In this document: positions 37,201 to 46,925 of the stretch, one piece after another
Numbering within the stretch: the stretch's first letter is position 1
Layout of the letters: every line of letters begins with the position of its first letter
DNA from: a virus
Virus genome (UHGV): UHGV-0110138
Direction: 5' to 3' (one strand)
DNA: 51,161 nucleotides
Translations under genes and position numbers: made by a program
Notes under the pieces: model-generated
Told to the model about the DNA's origin: nothing
The model's database searches: none
What the model saw: the letters and a program-made list of their open reading frames with translations, nothing else

Positions 37201-37372
37201 GCTTGGAGAATGAGTCTGCTTGTTTGTTGAGTGCTGTCTTAGCTTTAGAACCCATGTCCTCGACAGAGTTTGCCATTCTTCTGACAGCTGCTTCAACTTC
37301 TCTGCTTCCGGCTTTCATGCCGTCAGCGTTAATCTCTGTGTCAATTATGATATAGCCGTCGGCTTGTGCCAT
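34286..37372 (-). CDS. tail tape measure protein
   Basis: 1028 aa. Long coiled-coil N-terminal region, a Gly-rich segment (SGSGPGGSGGGGGGAGSGP), and multiple hydrophobic helices. Confidence 0.85.
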   Translation of the reverse strand: MAQADGYIIIDTEINADGMKAGSREVEAAVRRMANSVEDMGSKAKTALNKQADSFSKLNQEYAAQEQKVSNLKKKIAEYGEQKIPTEEYREIQAQIDRATQKLSSLESAQERFLATGGKKNSSSFKKMQYDIEELENEIKYAKAELADLEASGGAFTLGSKTQEAAASMRTLQAEERKLADMNNRLHTSYNSVKGSVDEYKQKLMSAAPAQRKLASESERASKSIAKTGKAANGAKLSIGRMLGMSLLMSVAFRAFSAAINAIKDGFTNLAQYSSSTNSSISMLWSSLETLKNSLATAFAPILSVVAPILSKFIDMLSTAASYVSMFFSFLSGKSTYTKAIAVQKDYAGSLKDTASGAKDAADGTKEAAEAAEDYLSPLDDINRMDKQNSGSGPGGSGGGGGGAGSGPLFEEVPIDNKFASLLDTVLDKLKQIRDIFVDGFWDGLGDYKPVLEELKKDLKSIGEHIQDIFTDEDVRKAAKRFARLFIYNMGKIVGSFASIGLTIAENIVGGIESYLTENTGRIKKWLVRMFDLGSEIMTIIGNFSATIAEIFQQTFGSQTAQNITGNIIGIFTTAFGEVILLATNFSKDVIDFITGPIIENKDKIINAINDTLKPIETVTQAIEDTVHKVADKLTELYDEHIGPFIQNTKNSISTFVGLVLDMYSQYIAPILDMLGQKFQEIMSGPVGNAIDQAIGLIGRLIDILNWLWNSVLIPVMNWIVENIVPVIAPIIEWLGSTLFDFAGTVAQVVASILKQLNGIIDFLTGVFTGDWKKAMSGISTIVGSFRDTINAIFKFIQNSILKPIAKFLDSVFSVDWVKTFGVIGVFMNGWLINIQNIFEAVKQIFTGIVNFVNGVLAGDWEQAWNGIKNILGGAWNGMVSVIKSPINLIIGLMNGLLRAAQIMQNGVAKALNKINVSVPSWVTSLTGVRSLGFHIGYWSAPHIPYLAQGAVIPPNKEFMAVLGDQKSGNNIEAPENLIRKIVREETGNGSRRIEVPVYLNRRQIAKAVLEEGQNMRTQTGKNPFVMA

Positions 37373-37431
37373 TTCTAATCCTTTCCACCGCTAATTATCT
37401 GCGGTCAGCGAATATCTCTATTGATATCCGG

Positions 37432-38028
37432 TTATTTATTCAATCCGAAGAGTTCTCGGAGTTCAGCTTTCTCTTCGTCACTTCTCTCTGTACTCTTCTG
37501 ATGTAAGTCCACAATAGACTTATTATTTTTGTAGTATTCCTGTTCCCACTTCTCTAACTTCTTACCTTTTCTCTTCTTGTCACGGATGCTGACTACTGTT
37601 GAGAATGTGCTTTCTCCAATCTCCATATAGAGCCCGAAGAATGTCCACCAGTGCATATAGTCTACGGAGCGTACATCACCGTTATTGACCTTATTCACAG
37701 CCGGTATGATGATAGGTGTATCCTGTTCCCAGTCCATTGTTCTAGGTCTAGGTTTGCCATCATTCTTGATACCGCAATCGATGAACTCACACGCTTTCTG
37801 ACAGGCTTCTTGCCAGTCCTTTGGTTGCATGGAATCGAAGTCAACATAGAGGATTTTAAGCATTGTGAGTGCTTTCTCCTGTTGTTTCTCTTCTTCTGTC
37901 ATGCCAGGTTCGAAGAGGTCCGGATCATTCATAGCAGAAAGAATATCCAATACTACTCTAAAATCGGAGCGTATCGAATATTCTTTTCCATTAACTTCTA
38001 ATGATGTGGGAAGTTTCCACGGATCCAT
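37432..38028 (-). CDS. tail assembly chaperone-like protein (Gp15-like)
   Basis: Position between the tape measure and the gpG-like protein; start overlaps the upstream stop. Confidence 0.5.
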   Translation of the reverse strand: MDPWKLPTSLEVNGKEYSIRSDFRVVLDILSAMNDPDLFEPGMTEEEKQQEKALTMLKILYVDFDSMQPKDWQEACQKACEFIDCGIKNDGKPRPRTMDWEQDTPIIIPAVNKVNNGDVRSVDYMHWWTFFGLYMEIGESTFSTVVSIRDKKRKGKKLEKWEQEYYKNNKSIVDLHQKSTERSDEEKAELRELFGLNK

Positions 38029-38462
38029 CAGTTGTGGTACTTCGCCACATACTTATTCATGCGACTCTGTACCTTCTTTGTACGGATGTTCATCTCACGC
38101 TCAATCACTTTTGCGATAGAGGACAGGACGTTCTCCATGTACAGTTCCCCATTTGCCAGTGGTGAGAATGCTCCGAGAATTGAGAAGAATGTCTCTTTCG
38201 CATCTTCTCCGACAAGGTAAGAGATTTTCTCCATGATGTCATCCTCTGCTTTTCTCATATCCGCATCGCTTGGATTCTCCGGCAGCTGATAGGAATTGTA
38301 GTACTCAACTACTTCCTCATATCTCTTCACGATGTTTGTGTCTGTAGGTCTGAACTCGAACTTGCCGAGAACCTTTCCTCTTTTGTTCTCAATCGTGTAG
38401 ACCTTGCTACCATCATCTACTACAATCTTGTTTGCCATTGGTTTTGCTATTTTATTGCTCAT
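38028..38462 (-). CDS. tail assembly chaperone (gpG-like)
   Basis: 144 aa acidic protein directly upstream of the tape-measure region. Confidence 0.5.
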   Translation of the reverse strand: MSNKIAKPMANKIVVDDGSKVYTIENKRGKVLGKFEFRPTDTNIVKRYEEVVEYYNSYQLPENPSDADMRKAEDDIMEKISYLVGEDAKETFFSILGAFSPLANGELYMENVLSSIAKVIEREMNIRTKKVQSRMNKYVAKYHN

Positions 38463-38537
38463 TGTATCGTCCTTTCTCGCCTATTCTAATCCGAATACTT
38501 CTTTATGTTCTTCATCGTATACCGAAAGCTCTTCAGT

Positions 38538-39047
38538 TCAAGCAGCTACAATTTCGCCCTCTGCGAATACTGGTTTGCCTGATTTCAGAGATTCAGCTGT
38601 TACATAGCCTTTTGTTCTCGCTCCATCATCCGTGATGTCAAACGGAATGTTGACACCGGCTGTGTCTCCACCATAGCTCTGTGGCTTAACCATTACTTCC
38701 TGTACATAAGCAAGATGCTTTGCAGCTGCTGTATCCTCTACGATTACTTCGAGCATAAGAGTCTTACAAGCTGAACCTTTCAGACGGTCAAATGCAATCT
38801 CTTTAATCTTCGGATACAGTTTGGATGTTGGATCCGCATAGAATGGATCTGCTGATATGGAAGGTGTATATCCATTGTCAGTCGTAACAGTTTTTCCGAG
38901 AATGTTCTTCTTCTGTTCTGTATCTGGGTTCAGTTCTACGGACATTTCCTCGATATCATCACCAAGAACTTCCCACTCTGCCGTTGCCGGTGCATTTTTG
39001 AACGATGCATCAAGATAATGCATCAACGCTTCACGCTCTAATTTCAT
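38538..39047 (-). CDS. major tail protein
   Basis: 169 aa. Position and size are typical for a siphovirus major tail protein. Confidence 0.6.
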   Translation of the reverse strand: MKLEREALMHYLDASFKNAPATAEWEVLGDDIEEMSVELNPDTEQKKNILGKTVTTDNGYTPSISADPFYADPTSKLYPKIKEIAFDRLKGSACKTLMLEVIVEDTAAAKHLAYVQEVMVKPQSYGGDTAGVNIPFDITDDGARTKGYVTAESLKSGKPVFAEGEIVAA

Positions 39048-39062
39048 GTTTGTTATCCTCCG

Positions 39063-39575
39063 TTATTTCTTGTAGAATATGTTTCTGTATTTCAATGAGA
39101 TGCTGATTGCCCAATCTTGAACATTACCATCACTCACATTATCTAAGTGAGCCGGTGTAAGCCTTATGATCTCCTCTATTTTTCTCTCTTCTGTAAGCAC
39201 TGGATATTCTTCCAGCCTCTTCTGTTCTCCATTAATGACCACGGTCTGCTGTTCAAGCCACTTTCCAAGAGTGTCAAGGAATTCTTTGATACTGGCCTTA
39301 ATCTTTGGAGAGTCGATTGAAGACCGGTAGATCACATAAAAAGGATAGTTGCACAACTGGTCTACTTTGCCAGTTACACTCTTCTTTTCCAGTGCAATCA
39401 CCGCTCCTGTCACTGGATAGAAGGCAATACCGCCATCTTCATCTAGTGTGGAGAATCTTATCTTTTCGTCTTCCTCTAATCCCGGAAAACTATTGAGAAG
39501 AGAAACGAGTGCATCAGTTACAGCTTCGTAACCGTCTACATCGTACTTGACCGGTTTCTTACTTTCCTCCGGCAA
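39063..39575 (-). CDS. head-tail joining / tail completion protein
   Basis: Position between connector proteins and major tail protein. Confidence 0.5.
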   Translation of the reverse strand: MPEESKKPVKYDVDGYEAVTDALVSLLNSFPGLEEDEKIRFSTLDEDGGIAFYPVTGAVIALEKKSVTGKVDQLCNYPFYVIYRSSIDSPKIKASIKEFLDTLGKWLEQQTVVINGEQKRLEEYPVLTEERKIEEIIRLTPAHLDNVSDGNVQDWAISISLKYRNIFYKK

Positions 39576-40026
39576 TTCGTTTCACTCCTTTCACCCAAGA
39601 CTTCACATTCTCTGTCTTCGCAGCATCAAACCAATTGTCTGTTGCTCTAGGATGTGCTGTCTTATCAAATACAAGGTCTCTGTCTGTTGCTACCTTCTTC
39701 GCTCCGGCTCTTGCCCACGGTGAACCTGTGGCAGGATCCATCATGACTTTTCCTTCATAGAGGAATCGTCCGTAGGGTGGAGCGCCGGCAATAACCCGTC
39801 CACTGCCTTGCATGGATCTGCTCATAATTGCAGACACGTTTCTCATGTTGCCATCACGAAAAGGCATATACTTTTCCATATCAGTAAACACTTGACCGTC
39901 TAACCAGTTCTGTGCTTCCTGGAACTGCTTTTCAAATCTGTTCAAGCTAATGTTCACTGTGATGTCACCGGCTACCATCGAAAAGCTTGGAAAATGAAAT
40001 GTCTTACTCATATTACTTACCACCAA
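39559..40026 (-). CDS. head-tail joining protein (minor capsid-like)
   Basis: 155 aa, position. Confidence 0.5.
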   Translation of the reverse strand: MVVSNMSKTFHFPSFSMVAGDITVNISLNRFEKQFQEAQNWLDGQVFTDMEKYMPFRDGNMRNVSAIMSRSMQGSGRVIAGAPPYGRFLYEGKVMMDPATGSPWARAGAKKVATDRDLVFDKTAHPRATDNWFDAAKTENVKSWVKGVKRIAGGK

Positions 40027-40546
40027 TCTCGAAATGAGGAATCAGCGTGTAAGAGCCTACACTTGTGATTAGGAAGACGTTATCCATCTTCTTGTTCAGA
40101 TAATCGTAAAATCCTTTGTTGGTGCGTGACGTATAGTCTTCATCGGCAATTACCGTTTCCGGATATTCACCTTCCAAGAAGATGTCACCTGTTGAGAATG
40201 TGATTGAACCCTCTTTGTTTTCCGTAGTTTTCCACACTTTCGGAGTGAGATAGGAAAGATTGCACACTATCCTTTCTCCTTCACGCACCTTAAACGGTAC
40301 ATGAAGATTAGCTGTATCAGCCGTATCCAAACCAGTTTTGGCAATATTGGCTGCCTTATCCGTAATAAGTGTGACTCCGGATATAACATGAGGATACCAA
40401 TATATGGCATCATTCTTGTCAATGTATTTGTTGAATACAGTCACAGTCTTGTCATACATCGGTATCCCCTCCTTAATAGAATTCTTTTCCACATTCCTTG
40501 CACTTCCATACATGATGCGTCTTGTACTCATGGTATCCGACCTCAT
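40013..40546 (-). CDS. head completion / head-tail adaptor protein
   Basis: 177 aa, position. Confidence 0.5.
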   Translation of the reverse strand: MRSDTMSTRRIMYGSARNVEKNSIKEGIPMYDKTVTVFNKYIDKNDAIYWYPHVISGVTLITDKAANIAKTGLDTADTANLHVPFKVREGERIVCNLSYLTPKVWKTTENKEGSITFSTGDIFLEGEYPETVIADEDYTSRTNKGFYDYLNKKMDNVFLITSVGSYTLIPHFEIGGK

Positions 40547-40605
40547 CGAGGAAAGTTGAAGAATATGTCAATTTTTCATGTCGGCACATTAACCGCTTAA
40601 GCCAT

Positions 40606-41082
40606 CTAAACACCAGCATAGAGCAGGCACACTCCTTTCTTATCTACAACTCCTTGCAGATACTCAGAAGCCACCTGTCGAATCAGAATAGCTTCCACTT
40701 TCTTATCCATTGACGCTCGTGCATAGATGCTGTCGGATGCTCCGCTAGTCCCAGTTGCAAAGCTGATACTTTCAGCACCTGACGTAATGGACGATACTTG
40801 CTTCTTACTCACTGTACCGTCTTCATGCTTTACCACTCCGACCGTATCCATTGACGCTTTTCTGATCGAGTCAATCTGATGCAGTGCTTCTGCGACCGCA
40901 CAGACAGCCTTCTGTACCTTTGTATTAGCTCTTTCATTCTCCGGAAGACCATCGACTAATCTGTCAAAAGTGATGCTGTCCACACGCTCGCTTGCTCGCT
41001 CTGCATACTTAGGAAACTCTTCCTCTGTCACGGCATCTCCAAAATATTTAGTTGTATAGAACTGATAATCTGTGTATGCCAT
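40606..41082 (-). CDS. head-tail connector (gp6-like)
   Basis: N-terminal MAYTDYQFYTTKYFGDAVTEEEF; location immediately after the capsid gene. Confidence 0.55.
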   Translation of the reverse strand: MAYTDYQFYTTKYFGDAVTEEEFPKYAERASERVDSITFDRLVDGLPENERANTKVQKAVCAVAEALHQIDSIRKASMDTVGVVKHEDGTVSKKQVSSITSGAESISFATGTSGASDSIYARASMDKKVEAILIRQVASEYLQGVVDKKGVCLLYAGV

Positions 41083-41095
41083 GTCTGATCTCCTT

Positions 41096-41245
41096 ACTCT
41101 TCTTTGCTTGCTGCCTTTTTCGGCTTTCGCTGTGGCTTGTCATTTACTTCTTCATACTTCTGTGGATTGCTTTTCATACTGGCAATACTCTCGGCATTAC
41201 CAGTAGAAAGGTACAATCCTGTCTCTTTATCCAGGAATTTCATTC
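41096..41245 (-). CDS. small basic ORF between capsid and connector
   Basis: 49 aa (MKFLDKETGLYLSTGNAESIASMK...KPKKAASKEE); not in the ORF track because it is short. Confidence 0.3.
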
Positions 41246-41248
41246 TTA

Positions 41249-42100
41249 TCAACCACCAATTTTCTTATTCTTGAAAATAAGGTCCGGTGTTACAGACTTA
41301 GTTCCGAAGTGATAGAACAGTTCGATTCCGTAAGCGTTTGACAGCGGAATCTTCTCAGCGTCGTATGGATCTGCCATTACCGGCTGTGCTACTGCACCGT
41401 CAACCATAACAAGTGCTTTCACATCCTGTGGAAGATGTACGCATGAGTATGTCTTAACACCGTGGAAAGCGTAGAACTCCTCGTCTGCTGCACCTACACC
41501 AGGTACTGTAACCTTATCAAGGTATGTTCTGATTTTTCCGTAGTAGTCCGGATCAAGAACCATGTGCATCATTGCTCTCGGTACTCCGTCCACGTACTCA
41601 TTCTTTGTAGTCTCGCACTGCTGAATCATTTTCTCTGCAATCTCTTCGATAGCTGTGATTCCTGTCAGATCTACTTCTGTAGCATCTGTTCCAGCAACCT
41701 CGAAGAACTTAGTATCAAGCTCAGCTGCCATTCTAAGAGCATGGTTTGCTGTTCTCTTAGCAATAAGTCCTTCAACTCCAAGAAGAGATACATCTTTCTG
41801 CTCTACTTCTTCTACGATCTCTTTGTCCTGATCAATCGGAATCGTTACCGATTTACCTTTTACACCATCACCTTTGGCTGCTGTTCTAGCTGTTCCGTAG
41901 TCCTTTGGTGTAGCATTCGCAAATCTCTTTGCTTCTACTGTTCCGGCATGTGGATCACCGGAAAGTTCTGTGTTTTTCATCTTTCCGGAAATTGTAAGTT
42001 TCTGTACGTTCTCGATAACTTTTCCATATTCCTCAGCAAGGAACATCTTTCCAGTAGTGTCGAGAAGTGTGTTTAATGACGTAATTCTTGTATCTGCCAT
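41249..42100 (-). CDS. major capsid protein
   Basis: 283 aa; position after scaffold protein. Confidence 0.65.
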   Translation of the reverse strand: MADTRITSLNTLLDTTGKMFLAEEYGKVIENVQKLTISGKMKNTELSGDPHAGTVEAKRFANATPKDYGTARTAAKGDGVKGKSVTIPIDQDKEIVEEVEQKDVSLLGVEGLIAKRTANHALRMAAELDTKFFEVAGTDATEVDLTGITAIEEIAEKMIQQCETTKNEYVDGVPRAMMHMVLDPDYYGKIRTYLDKVTVPGVGAADEEFYAFHGVKTYSCVHLPQDVKALVMVDGAVAQPVMADPYDAEKIPLSNAYGIELFYHFGTKSVTPDLIFKNKKIGG

Positions 42101-42167
42101 GTTCGTATCTCCTTTAACTGTTTAATGTCAACGATTATCTCGAATTGATAACCGTGCTATAGCATGA

Positions 42168-42779
42168 CTACCACACAGTAGGTGGTGTGTACACAGGAGT
42201 CTTACTTGACTCTCCGCCCTTTGTAGTTGGCACCGTGAATGTTGGTGCAGCCGGTGCATCTGTCTGTGCGAATGCATCCTTCTGTGATTCTCTCAGCTCT
42301 GTCATATAATCATCTAGTCCGAGGATTTTTTCACCTTCACGTTTCAGCCCTTTTTCTTTGATCATGCTGATAATTCCTGTCTTAGCAAACTCAGATGTAA
42401 ATTTCTCACCTGCCAGTGCTTTCACAAGAGCATCGTTGAAGTCTCTCTCTTCGATCTTTGCAGCATAATCTTTTTCGCTTTCTGCAAGCTTTGTTTTCCA
42501 CTCATTTTCGGCTGATTCAGCTTTAACTTTCCACTCATCACGTTCCTTTGTGATAGCGTCAAAGTCTTTGCCTTCAAAACCTTCAAGAGTAGACTTGGCT
42601 GTGTCATACTGTGATTTGTAAGTGTCTCTTTCCTGTGTGACCGTATCAAGCTTTCTTCCCTGTTTCTCAAACTCGGCAAGAGTCTTGTAATTCTCATTCA
42701 CACTGGTTTCGATTGTTTTCTTCTGCTCATCTGTAATCTCAAGACCAGCATCGGAAAGAATCTGAATAATGTTTTTCAT
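42168..42779 (-). CDS. scaffold protein
   Basis: Charged alpha-helical 203-aa protein upstream of the capsid gene. Confidence 0.65.
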   Translation of the reverse strand: MKNIIQILSDAGLEITDEQKKTIETSVNENYKTLAEFEKQGRKLDTVTQERDTYKSQYDTAKSTLEGFEGKDFDAITKERDEWKVKAESAENEWKTKLAESEKDYAAKIEERDFNDALVKALAGEKFTSEFAKTGIISMIKEKGLKREGEKILGLDDYMTELRESQKDAFAQTDAPAAPTFTVPTTKGGESSKTPVYTPPTVW

Positions 42780-43084
42780 GTTTCATATCCTCCTCAACGT
42801 ATTTTATTAACCGTTTCGTCCACGGTAGGGATTCAGACAGATAAACCTCTGTCAGGGTAATCGTGGTCGAGGGAGTTGAACCCTCATAACCGCTACCACG
42901 TAAGAACAGATGCTATAGAAAGGCAGATTCACATCTGTCCTTAGCTCTATTACAGAGCAAGACCTACCGAAGCATTTGACCGCTTCTTAACAGGATTCTC
43001 CTAGTAGGTATTCACACAAAAGGAAGAAAAATGTATCTCCACATACCATTATGAATGATTTCAACAATTTCTTTGTACCCATCT

Positions 43085-44311
43085 TTAGCCTTTTTTCGCA
43101 CTTTCATATCTTCTTGCAGCAGCTGCACTCTTCATAGCTTGCTTTCTATCCCATTGAGCAACCTTTAAGCGTTCAGCGTACTCTCTTAAGTCATTCTCTT
43201 CGCAGAATGTACTGTACCGCTTGTTCTGAAGCTTCAGTGTGTGAGCCTTGCGGTCTAACATATTCTGTAGTTCAAACCTTGCCTTATCATCCTTACAGTT
43301 ATCCACAGCGGTCTGTAAGTTCTGTATCTTCCGCTTGGTGTCACGGATCCTACGCTCCTGTGCTCTCTGTTTCTTCTGCAATTCCTCAACCTTATGGTTG
43401 TCAGCAAAGTTAATCTTCTTGTCATCATAAGGATTGTTCACTCCGTCACCACTTCCGAAAGAGTGCCGGCAGTTCCATCCGCAGAGTCCTTCGCCAGTTC
43501 CGAATCCTGTGGTCTTAACGAAGTCTGGGAATCTCTTATCCTTTCCACTTCGTGAGTAGAATCGACCTTGCCACCACAAGTGATTACCTGGATTCATTCC
43601 ACCATTACCAGTACGTGCTCCTAAGTGAGCAGACACAAGAACGGTATCCCAGTTCATTTCTTCCATTCTCTTCATGGAGATGTCGGCAGCTGCTTGTCCC
43701 ACTCCTGTCCTCACGATCATCATCGTTGCTGACTCAATGCTCATTCTGTACCCAGTAGGATAGTTCACTTTGAGTCCGACTTCTGTGATGTTGTTAATCA
43801 CATCTCTGACTGCTTGTGTGTACGATGCTGCACCGGTAGACACAAGATGATATGCATTGTCCATCTGATTGATAAAAGTCCTCTGTGCATCCAGTGCTGT
43901 AGTCCGTGTGAAGTTATTCCATTCTCCGGCAGTAGCAAGGTAATCTCTTTCAAGGATCCTGAGCATGGTTGGAGATTGCATCAGTGCTGTTGGAGTGAGT
44001 CCGGCTGCAATATACACAGCATCATCCCACTTCAGAGTATTGATACCAGCATCGACAAATGCATCCTTAATCTCTTTCTTCTGCAACTTTGTCTTGTCCG
44101 CTATTTCCTTCTGGATATCCTCTAACAGTTCACCAGACTCTTGAAGCACTTGTATCTGCCATCTGTCTGTTTGTGTCAGCAGATAGTCCTCACCTCTGCC
44201 GAGTCTCTTCATGATTCTCTCGATGATCATGTCCATAATAGTGCGATGAAGGGACGAAGATATCTCCTCCGCCCCTTCTGTTATTCTTTGTAAATATTCA
44301 GGTGTTAGCAT
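43085..44311 (-). CDS. minor capsid / head morphogenesis protein (Mu F / SPP1 gp7-like)
   Basis: CGWNCRHS motif and a basic C-terminal tail. Confidence 0.7.
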   Translation of the reverse strand: MLTPEYLQRITEGAEEISSSLHRTIMDMIIERIMKRLGRGEDYLLTQTDRWQIQVLQESGELLEDIQKEIADKTKLQKKEIKDAFVDAGINTLKWDDAVYIAAGLTPTALMQSPTMLRILERDYLATAGEWNNFTRTTALDAQRTFINQMDNAYHLVSTGAASYTQAVRDVINNITEVGLKVNYPTGYRMSIESATMMIVRTGVGQAAADISMKRMEEMNWDTVLVSAHLGARTGNGGMNPGNHLWWQGRFYSRSGKDKRFPDFVKTTGFGTGEGLCGWNCRHSFGSGDGVNNPYDDKKINFADNHKVEELQKKQRAQERRIRDTKRKIQNLQTAVDNCKDDKARFELQNMLDRKAHTLKLQNKRYSTFCEENDLREYAERLKVAQWDRKQAMKSAAAARRYESAKKG

Positions 44312-44520
44312 TATTCCTCACCATCTTTGTCATTTTTATCATCCTTTGTAATGATTGCAAAAAGCAAAATTGTTACGCAAATGATAAGAATATTCATAGT
44401 TGATACTGCCATATTGTCACCGCCTTGTTTATTCCTCCGTATGACAAGTGTTTGTAATCTTTCCGTACACATCTTCATACAGTTCCTACTTTTCGTTCTT
44501 TCCAAGAACATTTCTTTCAA
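44311..44520 (-). CDS. small membrane protein
   Basis: TM helix [17 protein letters not shown]. Confidence 0.35.
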   Translation of the reverse strand: MKEMFLERTKSRNCMKMCTERLQTLVIRRNKQGGDNMAVSTMNILIICVTILLFAIITKDDKNDKDGEE

Positions 44521-44953
44521 TGCGATCTTCTACTCTACGATTCATCCACATGAGCGCTTCCTCAATATGAGTAAGTGCGCAAGCATTTTCTCTTGACGAA
44601 AACGGTCCTGCCTGAAAAGCTTTTAAGCGATCACGGACAATTTCCAGTAAATCTGTGTCAATTACACCGTGAAGCGAATCTTTTTCTTTTCGTGGTCCGC
44701 ACTGCATCTGCAATGTAAGAAGCAGATTCTCTGGTTCCGCTCTTAACGATGTATCATCATCTTCAAGCGTTGCTGTTCCGGCCTTGTACACACAATATAA
44801 GTGATTGGCACCGCCTGGGCCGATTTCATCTACGACAAACACATCATTTAATTTTTCTCTTTTCTGAATTGTTGATAACTGTTTCATTTCTAATCCTCCT
44901 ACTCTGCAAACACCCAATCTTCTGCAAGCATATCTGCTTGAGAAGCAAGCCAT
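44486..44953 (-). CDS. hypothetical protein (likely start MKQLSTIQ, about 44887)
   Basis: 155-aa ORF in the inserted island. Confidence 0.45.
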   Translation of the reverse strand: MACFSSRYACRRLGVCRVGGLEMKQLSTIQKREKLNDVFVVDEIGPGGANHLYCVYKAGTATLEDDDTSLRAEPENLLLTLQMQCGPRKEKDSLHGVIDTDLLEIVRDRLKAFQAGPFSSRENACALTHIEEALMWMNRRVEDRIERNVLGKNEK

Positions 44954-45411
44954 CCCATCTGTACTCCTGATGTTCCGACAAATGCAATAGCCATGTTTCC
45001 GATAGCATCATGTTCACAGTTTACAATTTCTCCATCTGCTGTTTTGTAAGAAATCCCAGTAGCAAGCTGAATGTACTGCTTCTTACCATTCCAACCTTTA
45101 CGTGCCACTTTACGCCCTTTTTTCAGATATGTAATAGCGTCACCAAATGAAAATACTGCTTTGTCACAGAGTATCGGACAATTTTCTTCGTTTGCAATCA
45201 TCCAGTCCTCTCTTAGCATATCGTCAAAAACTCTCCCGACTCTCTCGTCTTTAATATCAGTTTCATTTTCTTCGCCTTCAGCGATCAACGGCTTACTATG
45301 CGTCATAACCGTCTCTTTTTCCTCATCCCAGTACCAATAATAAGATAACCAACCAGGAAGTCTCACCTTTGCTCCACGTTTCATTGCTTTTAATGCTTCT
45401 TTAAATGTCAT
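44899..45411 (-). CDS. tandem DUF2829-domain protein (Tad2-like fold family)
   Basis: Two copies of the FxEALxxLKxGxKVxRxGW signature ([21 protein letters not shown]; [19 protein letters not shown]). Confidence 0.55.
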   Translation of the reverse strand: MTFKEALKAMKRGAKVRLPGWLSYYWYWDEEKETVMTHSKPLIAEGEENETDIKDERVGRVFDDMLREDWMIANEENCPILCDKAVFSFGDAITYLKKGRKVARKGWNGKKQYIQLATGISYKTADGEIVNCEHDAIGNMAIAFVGTSGVQMGWLASQADMLAEDWVFAE

Positions 45412-45425
45412 CGTTCATTCTCCTT

Positions 45426-45884
45426 TCATTTCATCATTGGAACCATATATGTTTCTTCTCCTATTTCATATTTCCGTTCTAGCTCAAGTTCGTATTTTTC
45501 AATTTCATAATCAATATTCCCAATTACGTTGTTCTTTTTCTTGTATTCGCCAATAACGTGATTTACGAAATAATTGAATTCTTCTCGATTCTGCTCTTCC
45601 GCATTATCGTACAGTTCATCACCACAAAGCGGTAAGCAGTTTTCTCCGGTTACTACGGATGGTAGCGAGATTCCATGTGTCTCTTCCGGCAAGTATCTTT
45701 CCTTATACTCATGCTCATACTTAACAATTATATCTCCCGTCTTAGATACTCCGATTGGTAATGCAGTAAAGCATGTCGCATAACTGCCTAGAATCCTTAT
45801 CCGAAACATCACGTACTGCGTAATCGAAGTGATTATTGTTCTTTTTTCTTCCTTGTAACGTGGGAAGATCGGCATTGTAAACAT
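45426..45884 (-). CDS. hypothetical protein (start at MFTMPIF; upstream part of the ORF overlaps the tRNA)
   Basis: ORF track entry 45426-45941 trimmed at the internal Met to avoid the tRNA. Confidence 0.45.
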   Translation of the reverse strand: MFTMPIFPRYKEEKRTIITSITQYVMFRIRILGSYATCFTALPIGVSKTGDIIVKYEHEYKERYLPEETHGISLPSVVTGENCLPLCGDELYDNAEEQNREEFNYFVNHVIGEYKKKNNVIGNIDYEIEKYELELERKYEIGEETYMVPMMK

Positions 45885-45911
45885 CTTACAGTCTCCTTTC
45901 TTTCCTGAAAA

Positions 45912-45983
45912 TCGGAACGGGAGGTATCGAACCTCCGACACGCTGGATATAAGCCAGTTGCTCTACCACTGAGCTACGTTCCG
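45912..45983 (-). tRNA. tRNA, anticodon UAU (Ile, AUA-reading) by manual fold
   Basis: Acceptor CGGAACG/CGTTCCG, D arm GCTC-AGTGGTA-GAGC, anticodon arm ACTGG-CTTATAT-CCAGC (one A-C mismatch), T arm GGAGG-TTCGATA-CCTCC. 72 nt. Confidence 0.65.
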
Positions 45984-46714
45984 TTAGCAGGTGGACAGTA
46001 ATAAAACCACCTCTGCTACGGTTCTTTGACAGTACGAAGAAAATAATAGTGAACATTGTAATAACACTGTGACTATCGTGCAAAAATGTGAATATTAAAT
46101 CCTTGACAGGAACTCCGCAGCTAAAACCTGTCGGTTACAATTTTTTCAAACATAATTAGGTCTTCACCTTATTCAATCATGGTAAAAGTCATGTTCTGCC
46201 ACTGTGATGATAGGTCTGAGCTTTCGAGAGCGACTCTTGGCTTCCTACCACGGTCTAAGCACACACTGGATTGATACCAGTAAATTTTACGGTTCTTTCA
46301 GATTATTCTTGCTTAATGTTTTTCATATCGTCTTTTAAACACTTTATCAGAATTAAGAACTTGCCATACCGCTACTTTAACGAATCTCTTGTGTTATACT
46401 CCGATTTCTCAGATTCAAGGCAAATCAGCTTATTGAGAATTTCCAGTTAGTCCGTAGTCTCTCACACCACTCACATCACTGGATTATTTCTGCACCGCAG
46501 ATGTCTATTAATCACTGACCACAAGGATTCTGCATTTGACTTCTCTATGATGATACACTGCAAGGCATTGTTGACGGTTTCCATCTCCACCACCAAAATC
46601 ACTCCCAGTGGAAAGAATCAGCTTATCCAATATCTCGAACAAGCCTATCTCGTTACCATTGCATCTCGGCATGACTGAAAAATCACTCTTCACCGAGGTA
46701 ATCATATTTGAAAA

Positions 46715-46787
46715 TAGCCGTATAAGGATTCGAACCTTAATCTGCGTAAGGGGGAGTAACACCGCTTTACCATTAAGCTATACGGCT
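46715..46787 (-). tRNA. tRNA-like gene with non-canonical anticodon arm (best fit anticodon CCC, Gly), possibly a pseudo-tRNA
   Basis: Perfect acceptor AGCCGTA/TACGGCT, D arm GCTT-AATGGTA-AAGC, T arm TAAGG-TTCGAAT-CCTTA. The anticodon region GGTGTTACTCCCCCTTACG folds only with one extra nucleotide and one mismatch. Confidence 0.4.
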
Positions 46788-46851
46788 TCCAACTACACTG
46801 TAGTAAGGAAAAATTTGTTATGAAAAAGATCTCTCTCCGAGTTCCGGAGAA

Positions 46852-46925
46852 AGCTATCGTTCGGATTCGAACCGAAAACCTGTTGATTCGTAATCAACTG
46901 CTCTATCCATTTGAGCTATGATAGC
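46852..46925 (-). tRNA. tRNA-Arg (anticodon ACG)
   Basis: D arm GCTC-AAATGGATA-GAGC, anticodon arm GTTGA-TTACGAA-TCAAC, T arm TTCGG-TTCGAAT-CCGAA. Acceptor 6 of 7 paired. 74 nt. Confidence 0.65.

Noticed and set aside
45886-46083. 65-aa minus-strand ORF
   Set aside because: It is simply a translation through the tRNA at 45912-45983 (VEQLAYIQRVGGSIPP).
46508-46762. 84-aa minus-strand ORF
   Set aside because: It overlaps the tRNA-like gene at 46715-46787 and has low-complexity composition. Likely a spurious frame.
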